DNA of 64,000 bases from Kiritimatiellia bacterium (GTDB taxonomy: Bacteria > Verrucomicrobiota > Kiritimatiellia > RFP12 > JAAYLN01): assembly GCA_045627605.1 (NCBI GenBank), contig JAZQOA010000019.1:124-64123 (forward strand), read 5' to 3'. The notes beneath the pieces were generated by a model, which worked only from the letters and a program-made list of their open reading frames with translations, searched no databases and had not been told where the DNA came from. Shown one piece after another: positions 55,603-64,000 of the stretch. Position 1 is the stretch's first letter, and the number at the start of each line of letters is the position of its first letter. The translations under genes were made by a program, and so were the position numbers.

Positions 55603-56772
55603 ATGGCGGAAAAGCCCTTGGTTTACCTCGACAACAACGCCACGACGAGGATCGCCCCCGAAGTGACGGAGGCGATGTTGCCTTTCTTCACCGAGAAATG
55701 GGGCAACCCGTCGAGCATGCACCTTTTCGGCGGCCGCGTGATGGCGGATGTCGACGCGGCCCGTGCGCGCATCGCGGCCTTCATCAACGCCGACCCCGCC
55801 GAGATCATTTTCACAAGCTGCGGCACGGAGAGCGACAACACCGCCATCTACGGCGCAGTCGAGGCGCTCGGCCCCGAGACGACGCTGATCACCTCCAAGG
55901 TCGAGCATCCCGCGGTTCTCGGCCCCTGCCGCCATTTCCGCGACGCCCACGGCCACCGCCTTGTCGAAGTCGGCGTCGATGGCGGCGGCCACCTCAACCT
56001 CCACGAACTCGCCGCCGCGCTCGCGCTCCCCGGCCCCAAGGCCGTCTTCCTGATGTGGGCCAACAACGAGACCGGCGTGGTTTTCGAGATGGAGAAGATC
56101 GCCCGCATGTGCAAGGACGCCGGCGCCTTCCTGCATACCGACGCCGTCCAGGCCGCCTCGAAGATTCCGCTCGACGTCTCCAAGGTCCCGGTCGACACAC
56201 TTGCCTTCGCCGGTCACAAAATCCACGCGCCGAAGGGCATCGCCGTGCTCTACGTGCGCCGCGGGACGCGTCTCCGCACCTACATGATCGGCGGCCACCA
56301 GGAGAATGGCCGCCGCGGCGGCACCGAGAACGTCCCCTACATCGTCGGGCTCGCAAAGGCCTGCGACCTCGCCGCGGAGCATCTTCGCGACACGTCCGGG
56401 ATGGCGCGGCTTCGCGACAAGCTCGAGAACGGGCTTCTCGCCTCGTGCCCCGACGCCAGCGTCAACGGCGACCGTGCGGCGCGCGTCCCCAACACGACCA
56501 ATGTCAGCTTCTCGTTTATCGAGGGCGAGGCGATGCTCTACCATCTTTCCGATCTCGGCATCTGCGCGTCGTCCGGCTCCGCGTGCTCGTCGGGCTCGCT
56601 CGAACCCTCGCACGTGATTCGCGCCATGGGCATTCCCTTCACGCAGGCCCACGGTTCGCTCCGCTTCAGCCTCAGCCGCTACACGACCGAGGCCGAAATC
56701 GACTACACGCTCGAGCACATGCCGCGAATCGTCGCCAAGCTCCGCGAGCTTTCGCCCTTTGTGGCGAAATAG
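55603..56772 (+). CDS. nifS: cysteine desulfurase NifS
   Basis: 389 aa from ATG 55603. YLDNNATT, PLP lysine GHKIHAPKG, active-site SSGSACSS. Confidence 0.9.
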   Translation: MAEKPLVYLDNNATTRIAPEVTEAMLPFFTEKWGNPSSMHLFGGRVMADVDAARARIAAFINADPAEIIFTSCGTESDNTAIYGAVEALGPETTLITSKVEHPAVLGPCRHFRDAHGHRLVEVGVDGGGHLNLHELAAALALPGPKAVFLMWANNETGVVFEMEKIARMCKDAGAFLHTDAVQAASKIPLDVSKVPVDTLAFAGHKIHAPKGIAVLYVRRGTRLRTYMIGGHQENGRRGGTENVPYIVGLAKACDLAAEHLRDTSGMARLRDKLENGLLASCPDASVNGDRAARVPNTTNVSFSFIEGEAMLYHLSDLGICASSGSACSSGSLEPSHVIRAMGIPFTQAHGSLRFSLSRYTTEAEIDYTLEHMPRIVAKLRELSPFVAK

Positions 56773-56777
56773 GCGCC

Positions 56778-59700
56778 ATGGCGGAACTTGTCCAGACCCC
56801 GGCGCCCGGCAGCCGTCTCCTTAGGTGCGCGGGAGACCGCCTCATCCTCTCGCTTTCCGTTCCGGCGGGTTTCGCCAAAGGCCGCGCCTTCGCGCGAACC
56901 AATATCGACGGCGTCTCGTGGAAGGACCTGCCGATGGCCCCGTCGGCCGCGCCGGGTTCCGATGGCGCCGCAACCTACGTGCTTGAGCTTCGTCCCCGCG
57001 CCGTCGGCGTCTTCGCCGCCAAGACTTATTTTCTGCCGGATGGCGCGAGCGAGCCCGTCTGGCCTTCGGGCGCCGACGTCCTTGTCAAGGTGGCGCCCGC
57101 CTGGACGCGCTGCGGTTGCTCGATTTATACGGCCTTCACCCGGCAATTCCGCGCCGACGACGGCCGCGCGGCCACCACCGCCTTGCGCGATGAGATCGCC
57201 GCCCTCGATCGCGCGGGCTATGCCGTGATTCCGCCTTCCGGGACTTTCAGAACCCTTGCGAAACGCCTCGACCACATCATCGGCGGGCTTGGCTTCAACA
57301 TCGTCCAACTGCTGCCGGTCCACCCGGTGCCGACGACCTATGCGCGCATGGGGCGCTTCGGAAGTCCCTTCGCGAGCCTCGACTTCTACTCGGTCGACCC
57401 GGCCCTGGCGGAGTTTGACGAGTCCGCCACGCCGCTCGACCAGTTCGTGGAGCTGGCGGACGCTGTCCATGCCCGTGGTGCGCGCCTCTTCCTCGACCTC
57501 CCCGCCAATCACACCGGATGGGCCTCGACTTTCCACACGCACCACCCCGAATGGTTCCGCCGCAATGGCGACGGGTCGTTCCACTCGCCCGGCGCCTGGG
57601 GCGTCACCTGGGCCGACCTCGTGGAGCTTGACTACTCCCGCCCCGCCATTCGCGACGCCATCTCCGATGTTTTCCTCTTTTGGTGCGCCAAGGGCGTCGA
57701 CGGCTTCCGCTGCGACGCCGGCTACATGATCCCGTGCGAGGTCTGGCGCCATGTCGTCGGGAAGGTCCGCGCGGTTTTCCCCGACACCGTTTTCCTGCTT
57801 GAGGGGCTTGGTGGCAAGCTCGAGGTCACGGACGCCCTCCTCTCCGACGCCGGGCTTGACTGGGCCTATTCGGAGATTTTCCAGCAGGGCAACCGCGATG
57901 CGCTTTCCTGGTACTTGCCGCCGGCTATCGGCCGGTCGGAGTCGTTCGGCCCGCTCGTCAATTTCGCCGAGACGCACGACAACAACCGTCTTGCCGCGAA
58001 CGGCAATGCCTACGCCTCGATGAGGACGGCGCTCGCCGCGCTCCTGTCGCAGCAGGGGGCCTTCGGCATCACCGCGGGTGTCGAGTGGTTCTGCCGCGAC
58101 AAAATCGACGTCCATGGAGCGCCGCCCCTCAACTGGGGCGCATCCGAAAACCAGTGCCGCCTCATTTCGCGGCTCAACGCGATTCTCGCCGCGCACCCGG
58201 CGTTCCAGGTTGGCGCACACCTTGAGATCGTGACGCGTGGCGCGGGCAATGTCATCGCCGCACTGCGCACGGTGCCGTCCCCGGCTGGAAGCGCCGCCGC
58301 CGAAGGCACCGTCCTCGTCGCGGTGAACCTCGATTGCGCAACCCCCGCGCGCGTCGAGTGGCCCGCCGGGTTTTTTGCCCCGCAAGTGGCCTGGGATCTT
58401 GTTTCCTCGAAGCCGGCATCGATTCTCGCCGCCGGCGAAACGGCGGCAATCGATCTGCCGCCAGGGGGCTTTGCCGCGCTCGTCCCCTCCGCCGACACGC
58501 TCCGCGCCGTCGAAACGCAGGAGGAGGCGCGTGTTCGTTCCGGTTGTGTTTCATGCGTCCCCGCTTCGCCGCAGTTTTCCGGCAGGGTTGTCGAGTTCGA
58601 CTTCCCGCGCGATGCGCGGCGTACGGTAATGGTGCCGCCGGGCTTCGCCCTTCGCATCGCCAGTCGAAGCCCGTTCCGCGCCCTGCTCCTCGACGGCGAG
58701 GGGATGCCCGTGGCGTCTTGCGTCTCCACCCCCGCGGGCGCGACATTCGCCGCGTCTGTCGCGGTGCCGGCGGGCGACACGCGCCGCTTCTACACGCTGT
58801 CCGTGACATGCTATGGGGAGGAAACTGCGCGGACGCAATCCCCGGTGCTCGCACTGCCGTCTGCGGACAAGGCGGTGTTCAGCCTTTGCGCGGCTGGCGG
58901 ACGTATTCGCGACGGCGAGGATGTTCTCGCCGTGCTGGCGAACCGCCGCGGCGCGATGGCGCAGGTCCGTGCCGCGTGGGGCGAGATCCGGAGCCAGTAC
59001 GACGCCTTGCTTGCGGTCAACCCAGACCCGCGCGTCCCGGCGAACAAGCAGGTCTTCCTTGCGCGCTGCAAGGCGTGGGTGCGCCACTGCGGCTACTCGT
59101 TCGAGCTTGACGCCTCTTGCCTTGAGTCGTTCCGACTGCTTTCGGAACATGCCGCGGCGTGGAGGTTCTCCACGCCTGTCGGGCGGGGCGACACGGCCGT
59201 GGTCGAGGTTGTTCTCTGCCTCTCGGAAGGCGACAACCTCGCCACGCTGCGCTTCTCAATGCCGGAACTTCACCGCGCCGGAAACGAAAAGACTTCGGCG
59301 CCGATCGAGCTTGTGCTGCGGCCCGATGTCGAGGCGCGCGACTTCCATGGCCCGACGCTGGCCTACGCGGGCGCCGAGCAAGTCTATCCGGCCGCGGTGC
59401 GCACCTTGCCCAACGGCTTCGATTTCGATCCTCCCGGGTGCATCGCCTGCGGTCTTCGCCTGCCGGACGGCACATTCCACAAGGACGGCATCTGGTCATA
59501 TTCGGTGCCGCATCCTGTCGAGGCGGAGCGCGGTCTCTCCCCGACGGGCGACCTCTATAGCCCCGGATGGTTTTCGATTCCGCTTGTGACTGGGCGGAGC
59601 GTATGTCTCGTCGCGGGCGAAACCTCCGTCGTCGATGCGTTTTGCGCGGGGAATGGCGATTTCGGCGGTGCGAATGCCGCAGACGCCATGGGTGCGCCAT

Positions 59701-60911
59701 ATGGCGACACCATACGGTTGGGCGATTGGCTGGCGTCGAACCCCGCCCGGCTTTTCGTCGCGGACAGGGACGACCTCAAGACTGTCATCGCCGGCTACCC
59801 GTGGTTCCTTGACTGGGGCCGTGACACGCTCATCGTGCTCCGCGGCCTGCTCGCCGCCGGCGAAACCGACACGGCCCTCGCCATCCTGCGCGAGTTCGGC
59901 CGGTTTGAGGAGGGGGGTACGCTCCCCAACATCATCCATGGATCGACAATCGGCAATCGCGACACCTCCGACGCGCCGCTTTGGTTCGTCGTCGCGGCCG
60001 GCGACGCGATGGCGCTTTGCGGCGACAAGGCCGTCGCCTCGCTTGATTGTGGCGGACGCCCCCTTGGCGAGGTGATGTCCGCCATTGCGCGCGGCTACCT
60101 CGCCGGCACGCCCAACGGCATCAAGGTCGATTTGGAAACCGGGCTTGTCTTCAGTCCGTCGCATTTCACGTGGATGGATACGAACTACCCGGCCGGAACT
60201 CCGCGCGCGGGTTACCCCGTCGAAATACAGGCTCTGTGGATCGCGGCGCTTGCGACTATTCGCGAAAGGCTCGGCGTCCGCGACTTCGAGGCGGTTGAGC
60301 GCAAGGCGCGTGAATCGCTGGTCAAGTACTATGTCCTGCCCGAAGGCTGGCTCGCCGATTCGCTCCGGGTTCGTTCCGCTGTCTTTGAGCCGGCGTCCGC
60401 AGCCACGCCGGAGGATGCGCTGCGCCCCAACCAGTTGCTTGCCGTGACGCTTGGCGCACTCGACCCGCGCGGCGAGACGGCGCGGGCCGTTGTCGCGGCT
60501 ACGGCTTCGCTTCTCGTGCCCGGCGGGATTCGGTCGCTGGGCGACCGCGCCGTCAACGTGCCGCAGCCGGTCTGGAACGGCGACCGTCTGCTCAACGACC
60601 CGATGAAGCCTTATTGGGGCCGCTACGAAGGCGACGAAGACACCCGCCGCAAGCCAGCCTACCACAACGGCACGGCGTGGGGATGGCAGTTCCCGCTCTG
60701 GTGCGAGGCCTGGGCGCTCGCGGGCGGGGAGGAGGCGCGCGAACCGGCCCGCGCGGTTCTCGCCTCGGCGGCGGCGCTGCTGGAGACGGGGTGCCTGGGG
60801 CAGCTCCCGGAAATCCTCGACGGCGATTCGCCGCACATCCAGCGCGGTTGCCTGGCGCAGGCCTGGAGCATTTCGGAGTTGCAGCGCGTGTGGCGCGCGC
60901 TGGATCGGTGA
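56778..60911 (+). CDS. fusion of a GH13 alpha-amylase-family catalytic domain with a glycogen-debranching (amylo-alpha-1,6-glucosidase, GDE_N plus GDE_C) module
   Basis: 1377 aa from ATG 56778; the 5' 1080 nt of the 1737-aa ORF overlap nifS out of frame and are Arg/Pro-rich. GH13 blocks: FLDLPANHTG, GVDGFRCDAGYMIP, FLLEGLGG, NFAETHDNNR. C-terminal (alpha/alpha)6-type blocks: GYPWFLDWGRDT, PVEIQALW, YHNGTAWGWQFPLW, LPEILDGD...CLAQAWSISE. Confidence 0.8.
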   Translation: MAELVQTPAPGSRLLRCAGDRLILSLSVPAGFAKGRAFARTNIDGVSWKDLPMAPSAAPGSDGAATYVLELRPRAVGVFAAKTYFLPDGASEPVWPSGADVLVKVAPAWTRCGCSIYTAFTRQFRADDGRAATTALRDEIAALDRAGYAVIPPSGTFRTLAKRLDHIIGGLGFNIVQLLPVHPVPTTYARMGRFGSPFASLDFYSVDPALAEFDESATPLDQFVELADAVHARGARLFLDLPANHTGWASTFHTHHPEWFRRNGDGSFHSPGAWGVTWADLVELDYSRPAIRDAISDVFLFWCAKGVDGFRCDAGYMIPCEVWRHVVGKVRAVFPDTVFLLEGLGGKLEVTDALLSDAGLDWAYSEIFQQGNRDALSWYLPPAIGRSESFGPLVNFAETHDNNRLAANGNAYASMRTALAALLSQQGAFGITAGVEWFCRDKIDVHGAPPLNWGASENQCRLISRLNAILAAHPAFQVGAHLEIVTRGAGNVIAALRTVPSPAGSAAAEGTVLVAVNLDCATPARVEWPAGFFAPQVAWDLVSSKPASILAAGETAAIDLPPGGFAALVPSADTLRAVETQEEARVRSGCVSCVPASPQFSGRVVEFDFPRDARRTVMVPPGFALRIASRSPFRALLLDGEGMPVASCVSTPAGATFAASVAVPAGDTRRFYTLSVTCYGEETARTQSPVLALPSADKAVFSLCAAGGRIRDGEDVLAVLANRRGAMAQVRAAWGEIRSQYDALLAVNPDPRVPANKQVFLARCKAWVRHCGYSFELDASCLESFRLLSEHAAAWRFSTPVGRGDTAVVEVVLCLSEGDNLATLRFSMPELHRAGNEKTSAPIELVLRPDVEARDFHGPTLAYAGAEQVYPAAVRTLPNGFDFDPPGCIACGLRLPDGTFHKDGIWSYSVPHPVEAERGLSPTGDLYSPGWFSIPLVTGRSVCLVAGETSVVDAFCAGNGDFGGANAADAMGAPYGDTIRLGDWLASNPARLFVADRDDLKTVIAGYPWFLDWGRDTLIVLRGLLAAGETDTALAILREFGRFEEGGTLPNIIHGSTIGNRDTSDAPLWFVVAAGDAMALCGDKAVASLDCGGRPLGEVMSAIARGYLAGTPNGIKVDLETGLVFSPSHFTWMDTNYPAGTPRAGYPVEIQALWIAALATIRERLGVRDFEAVERKARESLVKYYVLPEGWLADSLRVRSAVFEPASAATPEDALRPNQLLAVTLGALDPRGETARAVVAATASLLVPGGIRSLGDRAVNVPQPVWNGDRLLNDPMKPYWGRYEGDEDTRRKPAYHNGTAWGWQFPLWCEAWALAGGEEAREPARAVLASAAALLETGCLGQLPEILDGDSPHIQRGCLAQAWSISELQRVWRALDR

Positions 60912-60948
60912 CGGCAGATTGTAAAGCATCCAAACAGGAGGCATGCCA

Positions 60949-61809
60949 ATGAACAGGATCGTGGAGAAAAAGCGGCTTTCGGAACTGGTCTACGTGATGA
61001 AGGTCGAGGCGCCGCTCGTGGCGGAAAGCCGCAAGCCCGGGCAGTTCGTCATCCTCCAGGTCGATCCGGAGTGGGGGGAGCGCATTCCGCTGACCATTGC
61101 GGACGCCGATCCCGCCGCCGGAACCGTCACGATAGCCTTCCAACCCGTCGGCTACTCGACGAAACTCCTCGCGGCGAAACAGGTCGGCGACATGCTCCCC
61201 GCCTTCCTCGGTCCGCTTGGCAATCCATCGGAAATCGAAAACTTCGGCCATGTCGTCTGCGTCGGCGGCGGTTTTGGCACCGCGCCGCTTTACCCGATTG
61301 TCGAAGGGCTCAAGAAGGCGGGCAACAAGGTTACGGTCATCATCGGCTACCGCAGCAGGTCGCTCATCATCATGGAGGACGAAATGCGCCGGATGGCCGA
61401 CGAGGTCGTCGTGATGACGGACGACGGCTCGTATGGCCGGAAGGGGCTTGTGACGGAGCCGCTCAAGGAACTTTGCGAGTCGCCCTCCCCGCCTGACCGC
61501 GTCATCGCCATTGGTCCGCCCGTGATGATGAAGTTCTGCGCCGAGACGACGCGCCCCTTTGGCATCAAGACCGTCGTCTCGCTCAACACCATCATGATCG
61601 ACGGCACCGGCATGTGTGGTGGATGCCGCGCGACGGTCGGCGGTGAGACGAAGTTCGTTTGCGTCGACGGGCCCGAATTCGACGCCCACTTGGTTGATTT
61701 CGACAACATGATGAAGCGGCTCAAGGCCTTCGTCCCGCAGGAGAAGGCCATGCTTGAAAGGCACGTCTGCAATCTTCAGGTGGCGGCCGACAAGCTTGCG
61801 GCGCGGTAG
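60949..61809 (+). CDS. nfnA: sulfide dehydrogenase / NfnA-like FAD-NAD(P) and 2Fe-2S subunit
   Basis: 286 aa from ATG 60949, 7 nt after AGGAGG (the ATG at 60943 is too close to the RBS). PGQFVIL, RIPLTIAD, GGGFGTAP, CGGCRA...FVCVDGPEF. Confidence 0.8.
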   Translation: MNRIVEKKRLSELVYVMKVEAPLVAESRKPGQFVILQVDPEWGERIPLTIADADPAAGTVTIAFQPVGYSTKLLAAKQVGDMLPAFLGPLGNPSEIENFGHVVCVGGGFGTAPLYPIVEGLKKAGNKVTVIIGYRSRSLIIMEDEMRRMADEVVVMTDDGSYGRKGLVTEPLKELCESPSPPDRVIAIGPPVMMKFCAETTRPFGIKTVVSLNTIMIDGTGMCGGCRATVGGETKFVCVDGPEFDAHLVDFDNMMKRLKAFVPQEKAMLERHVCNLQVAADKLAAR

Positions 61810-61827
61810 CGGAAGGAGCATGCTGTA

Positions 61828-63243
61828 ATGACGACGAAGGAGAAAATGGCGGTTCCCGCACAGGAAATGCCCAGCCAGCCGCCTGCCGAACGGCGGCGCA
61901 ACATGGGCGAGGTCGCCCTTGGCTACACCGCCGAAATGGCCCGCGCCGAGGCGAGCCGCTGCCTGAACTGCAAAAACGCGCCTTGCATGACGGGTTGCCC
62001 CGTGAAGATTCGCATTCCCGATTTTCTCGCGAAGGCGGCCGAAGGCGATTTCGACGGCGCCCTCGCCGTCATCCGCCAGAGCTCGCTTCTTCCAGCCGTA
62101 TGCGGACGCGTCTGCCCGCAGGAACGCCAGTGCCAGGCGGAGTGTACGCTTGGCAAGGCGCTCAAGGACGTCGGCAAGGCGGTGGCGATCGGGCGGGTGG
62201 AACGTTTCTGCGCCGACCAGCGGCGCATGGTTGGCGGAGGCGATGTCGCCGCGACCGCGCCGAAGACCGGCAAAAAAGTTGCCGTCGTCGGTTCCGGGCC
62301 CGCGGGCATCACGGTGGCGGCGGACTGCGCCCGCGCCGGACACGACGTCACCGTTTTCGAGGCGCTCCACAAGCCCGGCGGCGTGTTGGTTTACGGCATT
62401 CCCGAGTTCCGCCTCCCCAAGGCAATTGTCCGCGAGGAAATCGAAGGACTTAAGGCGATGGGCGTCAAGATCGAGACGAACTTCATCGTCGGCCGTACGC
62501 GGAAGATCGCGGATCTTCTCGGCAAGGACGGCTTTGACGCCGTCTTCATCGGCACGGGCGCGGGGTTGCCGAAGTTCATGGGCATTCCGGGCGAGAACCT
62601 CGTCGGCGTTTACTCGGCCAACGAGTACTTGACGCGTGCGAACTTGATGAAGGCCTACGACGCGGAGCACGCCCATACGCCGGCGATTACGTCGGGCAAG
62701 GTTGTTGTCCTTGGCGGTGGCAATGTCGCGATGGATTCCGCCCGCATGGCGCTTCGTCTGGGCGCGGAGGAGGTGCACCTCGTCTATCGCCGCACCGAGA
62801 AGGAAATGCCGGCCCGCGCCGAGGAAGTGCTTCACGCCAGGGAGGAGGGCGTCGCCTTCCACATGCTTGAGAACGCCGAGGAGATTCTCGGCGATGAAAA
62901 CGGACGTGTTTGCGCGGTCAGGTGTGTGCGCTTTGAATTGGGCGAGCCAGACGCCTCGGGTCGCCGCAGTCCGGTTGAAATCCCCGGAAGCGAATTCACG
63001 ATTGCGGCCGATACCGTCGTTGTCGCGATTGGCAACGGCTCCAACCCGTTGGTCTCGCGGACGACCGAGGGACTCGCCGTCAACAAGCGCGGCAACATCG
63101 TCGTCGATGAAAAAGGACGGACGTCCGTCGAAGGTGTTTACGCGGGCGGCGACATCGTCCTGGGGGCTGCGACTGTCATTCTCGCGATGGGCGAAGGACG
63201 GCGCGCGGCGGCCGCGATCAACGAATACCTGGCGTCGAAATAG
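61828..63243 (+). CDS. nfnB: NADPH-dependent glutamate synthase small-chain-like oxidoreductase (NfnB/GltD family)
   Basis: 471 aa. Cys clusters CLNCKNAPC..GCP and CGRVCPQERQCQAEC. Dinucleotide folds VAVVGSGPAG and VVVLGGGNVAMD. YAGGD. Confidence 0.85.
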   Translation: MTTKEKMAVPAQEMPSQPPAERRRNMGEVALGYTAEMARAEASRCLNCKNAPCMTGCPVKIRIPDFLAKAAEGDFDGALAVIRQSSLLPAVCGRVCPQERQCQAECTLGKALKDVGKAVAIGRVERFCADQRRMVGGGDVAATAPKTGKKVAVVGSGPAGITVAADCARAGHDVTVFEALHKPGGVLVYGIPEFRLPKAIVREEIEGLKAMGVKIETNFIVGRTRKIADLLGKDGFDAVFIGTGAGLPKFMGIPGENLVGVYSANEYLTRANLMKAYDAEHAHTPAITSGKVVVLGGGNVAMDSARMALRLGAEEVHLVYRRTEKEMPARAEEVLHAREEGVAFHMLENAEEILGDENGRVCAVRCVRFELGEPDASGRRSPVEIPGSEFTIAADTVVVAIGNGSNPLVSRTTEGLAVNKRGNIVVDEKGRTSVEGVYAGGDIVLGAATVILAMGEGRRAAAAINEYLASK

Positions 63244-63253
63244 GGGGCTTTTT

Positions 63254-64000
63254 ATGGATGGGAAAGGAACGGCGCTCGTCACGGGCGGTGCGCGCGGCAT
63301 TGGTCTTGGAATCTCGAAGGCTCTTGCGGCGAAGGGCTTTTCGGTTGCGGTGTGCGGCCGCAGCGATGCCGCGAAGGTGGTGGACGCGATGGCGTCGATC
63401 CGTGCCTTTGGCGTGACGGCGGAGTATTACCCGTGCGACGTCTCCTCGGCGGAGGACCGCGCCGCGATGCTGGCCGCCGTCGAGGCGCGCTTCGGAGTGC
63501 CGGACGTGCTTGTGAACAATGCGGGCGTGGCGCCGGAGGTGCGTGCCGACGTTCTTGAGATGACGCCCGAAAGCTTCGGGCGCGTCATGCGCGTCAACCT
63601 AGAGGGACCTTTCTTCCTGACGCAGGCCGTTGCCAGGCGCATGATTGCCGGCGGGGACGCGGGGCGTTTCCGTTGCATTGTCAACACCGGGTCGGTATCG
63701 GCCGACTATGCCAGCGTTACGCGTGGCGAATATTGCATGTCGAAGGCGGGCGTCGCTATGGCGACGAAATTGTGGGCCTGGCGGCTTGCGGAGTATGGAA
63801 TCTCCGTCTACGAGGTACGGCCTGGCGTGGTGCATTCCGATATGACGGCCTGCGTCACCGCGAAGTACGACAAGATGATTGCCGAGGGTCTTACGCTCCA
63901 GAACCGCTGGGGAGAGCCGGAAGACGTGGGTCGCGCGGTTGCGTCGCTTGCGTCGGGGGATTTTGCCTATTCCACGGGGCAGGTCGTCAATGTCGATGGC
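63254..64000 (+). CDS. short-chain dehydrogenase/reductase (3-oxoacyl-ACP reductase-like), 3' end outside the window
   Basis: Open frame from ATG 63254 to the window end. TGGARGIG, NNAG, catalytic YCMSK, PGVVHSDM. Confidence 0.8.
   Translation, partial: MDGKGTALVTGGARGIGLGISKALAAKGFSVAVCGRSDAAKVVDAMASIRAFGVTAEYYPCDVSSAEDRAAMLAAVEARFGVPDVLVNNAGVAPEVRADVLEMTPESFGRVMRVNLEGPFFLTQAVARRMIAGGDAGRFRCIVNTGSVSADYASVTRGEYCMSKAGVAMATKLWAWRLAEYGISVYEVRPGVVHSDMTACVTAKYDKMIAEGLTLQNRWGEPEDVGRAVASLASGDFAYSTGQVVNVDG

Noticed and set aside
55698-56777. The 5' 1080 nt of the 1737-aa ORF 55698-60911 as part of the GH13-GDE protein
   Set aside because: This part overlaps nifS in another frame and translates to Arg/Pro/Gly-rich sequence. 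A proper ATG at 56778 follows the nifS stop and begins ordinary sequence (MAELVQTPAPG...).
60592-63300. 902-aa minus-strand ORF, the longest of many long antisense or shadow ORFs. Others include 15382-16542, 19858-21108, 12801-14192, 4598-6751, 5898-7280, 55537-56718, 56703-58385, 59496-60944 and 43032-44381.
   Set aside because: They lie exactly antisense to, or out of frame with, genes that have clear conserved motifs (nfnAB, recA, rpsL-fusA, dnaJ, the giant gene, nifS, the GH13-GDE gene). Their translations are Arg/Ala/Gly/Pro-rich low-complexity sequence with no motifs. Stop-poor alternative frames are expected in GC-rich DNA.

Overview
High-GC bacterial chromosomal window made mostly of housekeeping genes, with a few accessory-looking inserts. 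Order from left to right: (1) a long AT-richer divergent intergenic region (236-639) carrying a seven-unit 22-bp GATC-rich tandem array; (2) skp-lpxD-galE; (3) a His-rich 10-TM putative metal exporter; (4) a 1991-aa secreted multidomain protein on the minus strand; (5) a lower-GC AAA+ ATPase of the DUF234 type; (6) tRNA-Tyr, then grpE-dnaJ-rsmE, a small conserved ORF and recA; (7) a lone ABC permease, an orphan vsr and an outer-membrane barrel; (8) an almost complete str/S10/spc/alpha ribosomal super-operon (19.9-38.7 kb, rpsL to rpsI, including secY, adk, map and rpoA, but lacking tuf, rpmD and infA); (9) an RhlB-like DEAD-box helicase; (10) a CAZyme/esterase cluster (GH43-CE15 fusion, secreted unknown, esterase-discoidin, polytopic membrane protein); (11) nudix, efp and comM; (12) a PurH-like AICAR transformylase; (13) a roughly 0.5-kb AT-rich gap followed by a 1086-aa protein built from five tandem FGE/SUMF1-type domains; (14) nifU-nifS; (15) a 1377-aa GH13 plus amylo-1,6-glucosidase fusion; (16) an NfnA/NfnB-like pair; (17) a partial SDR. 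I saw no CRISPR array, transposase, integrase or rRNA. Gene order (fusA directly followed by rpsJ) and the protein families suggest a PVC-group organism (Lentisphaerota, Kiritimatiellota or Verrucomicrobiota), but that is inference only. The features I cannot assign to any described system are the GATC-rich 22-bp array (388-539), the five-fold FGE-domain protein with its AT-rich upstream region (50.8-54.6 kb), and the translationally coupled three-gene unit at 42.7-46.5 kb. All calls come from reading the sequence and the ORF track. No searches were run.
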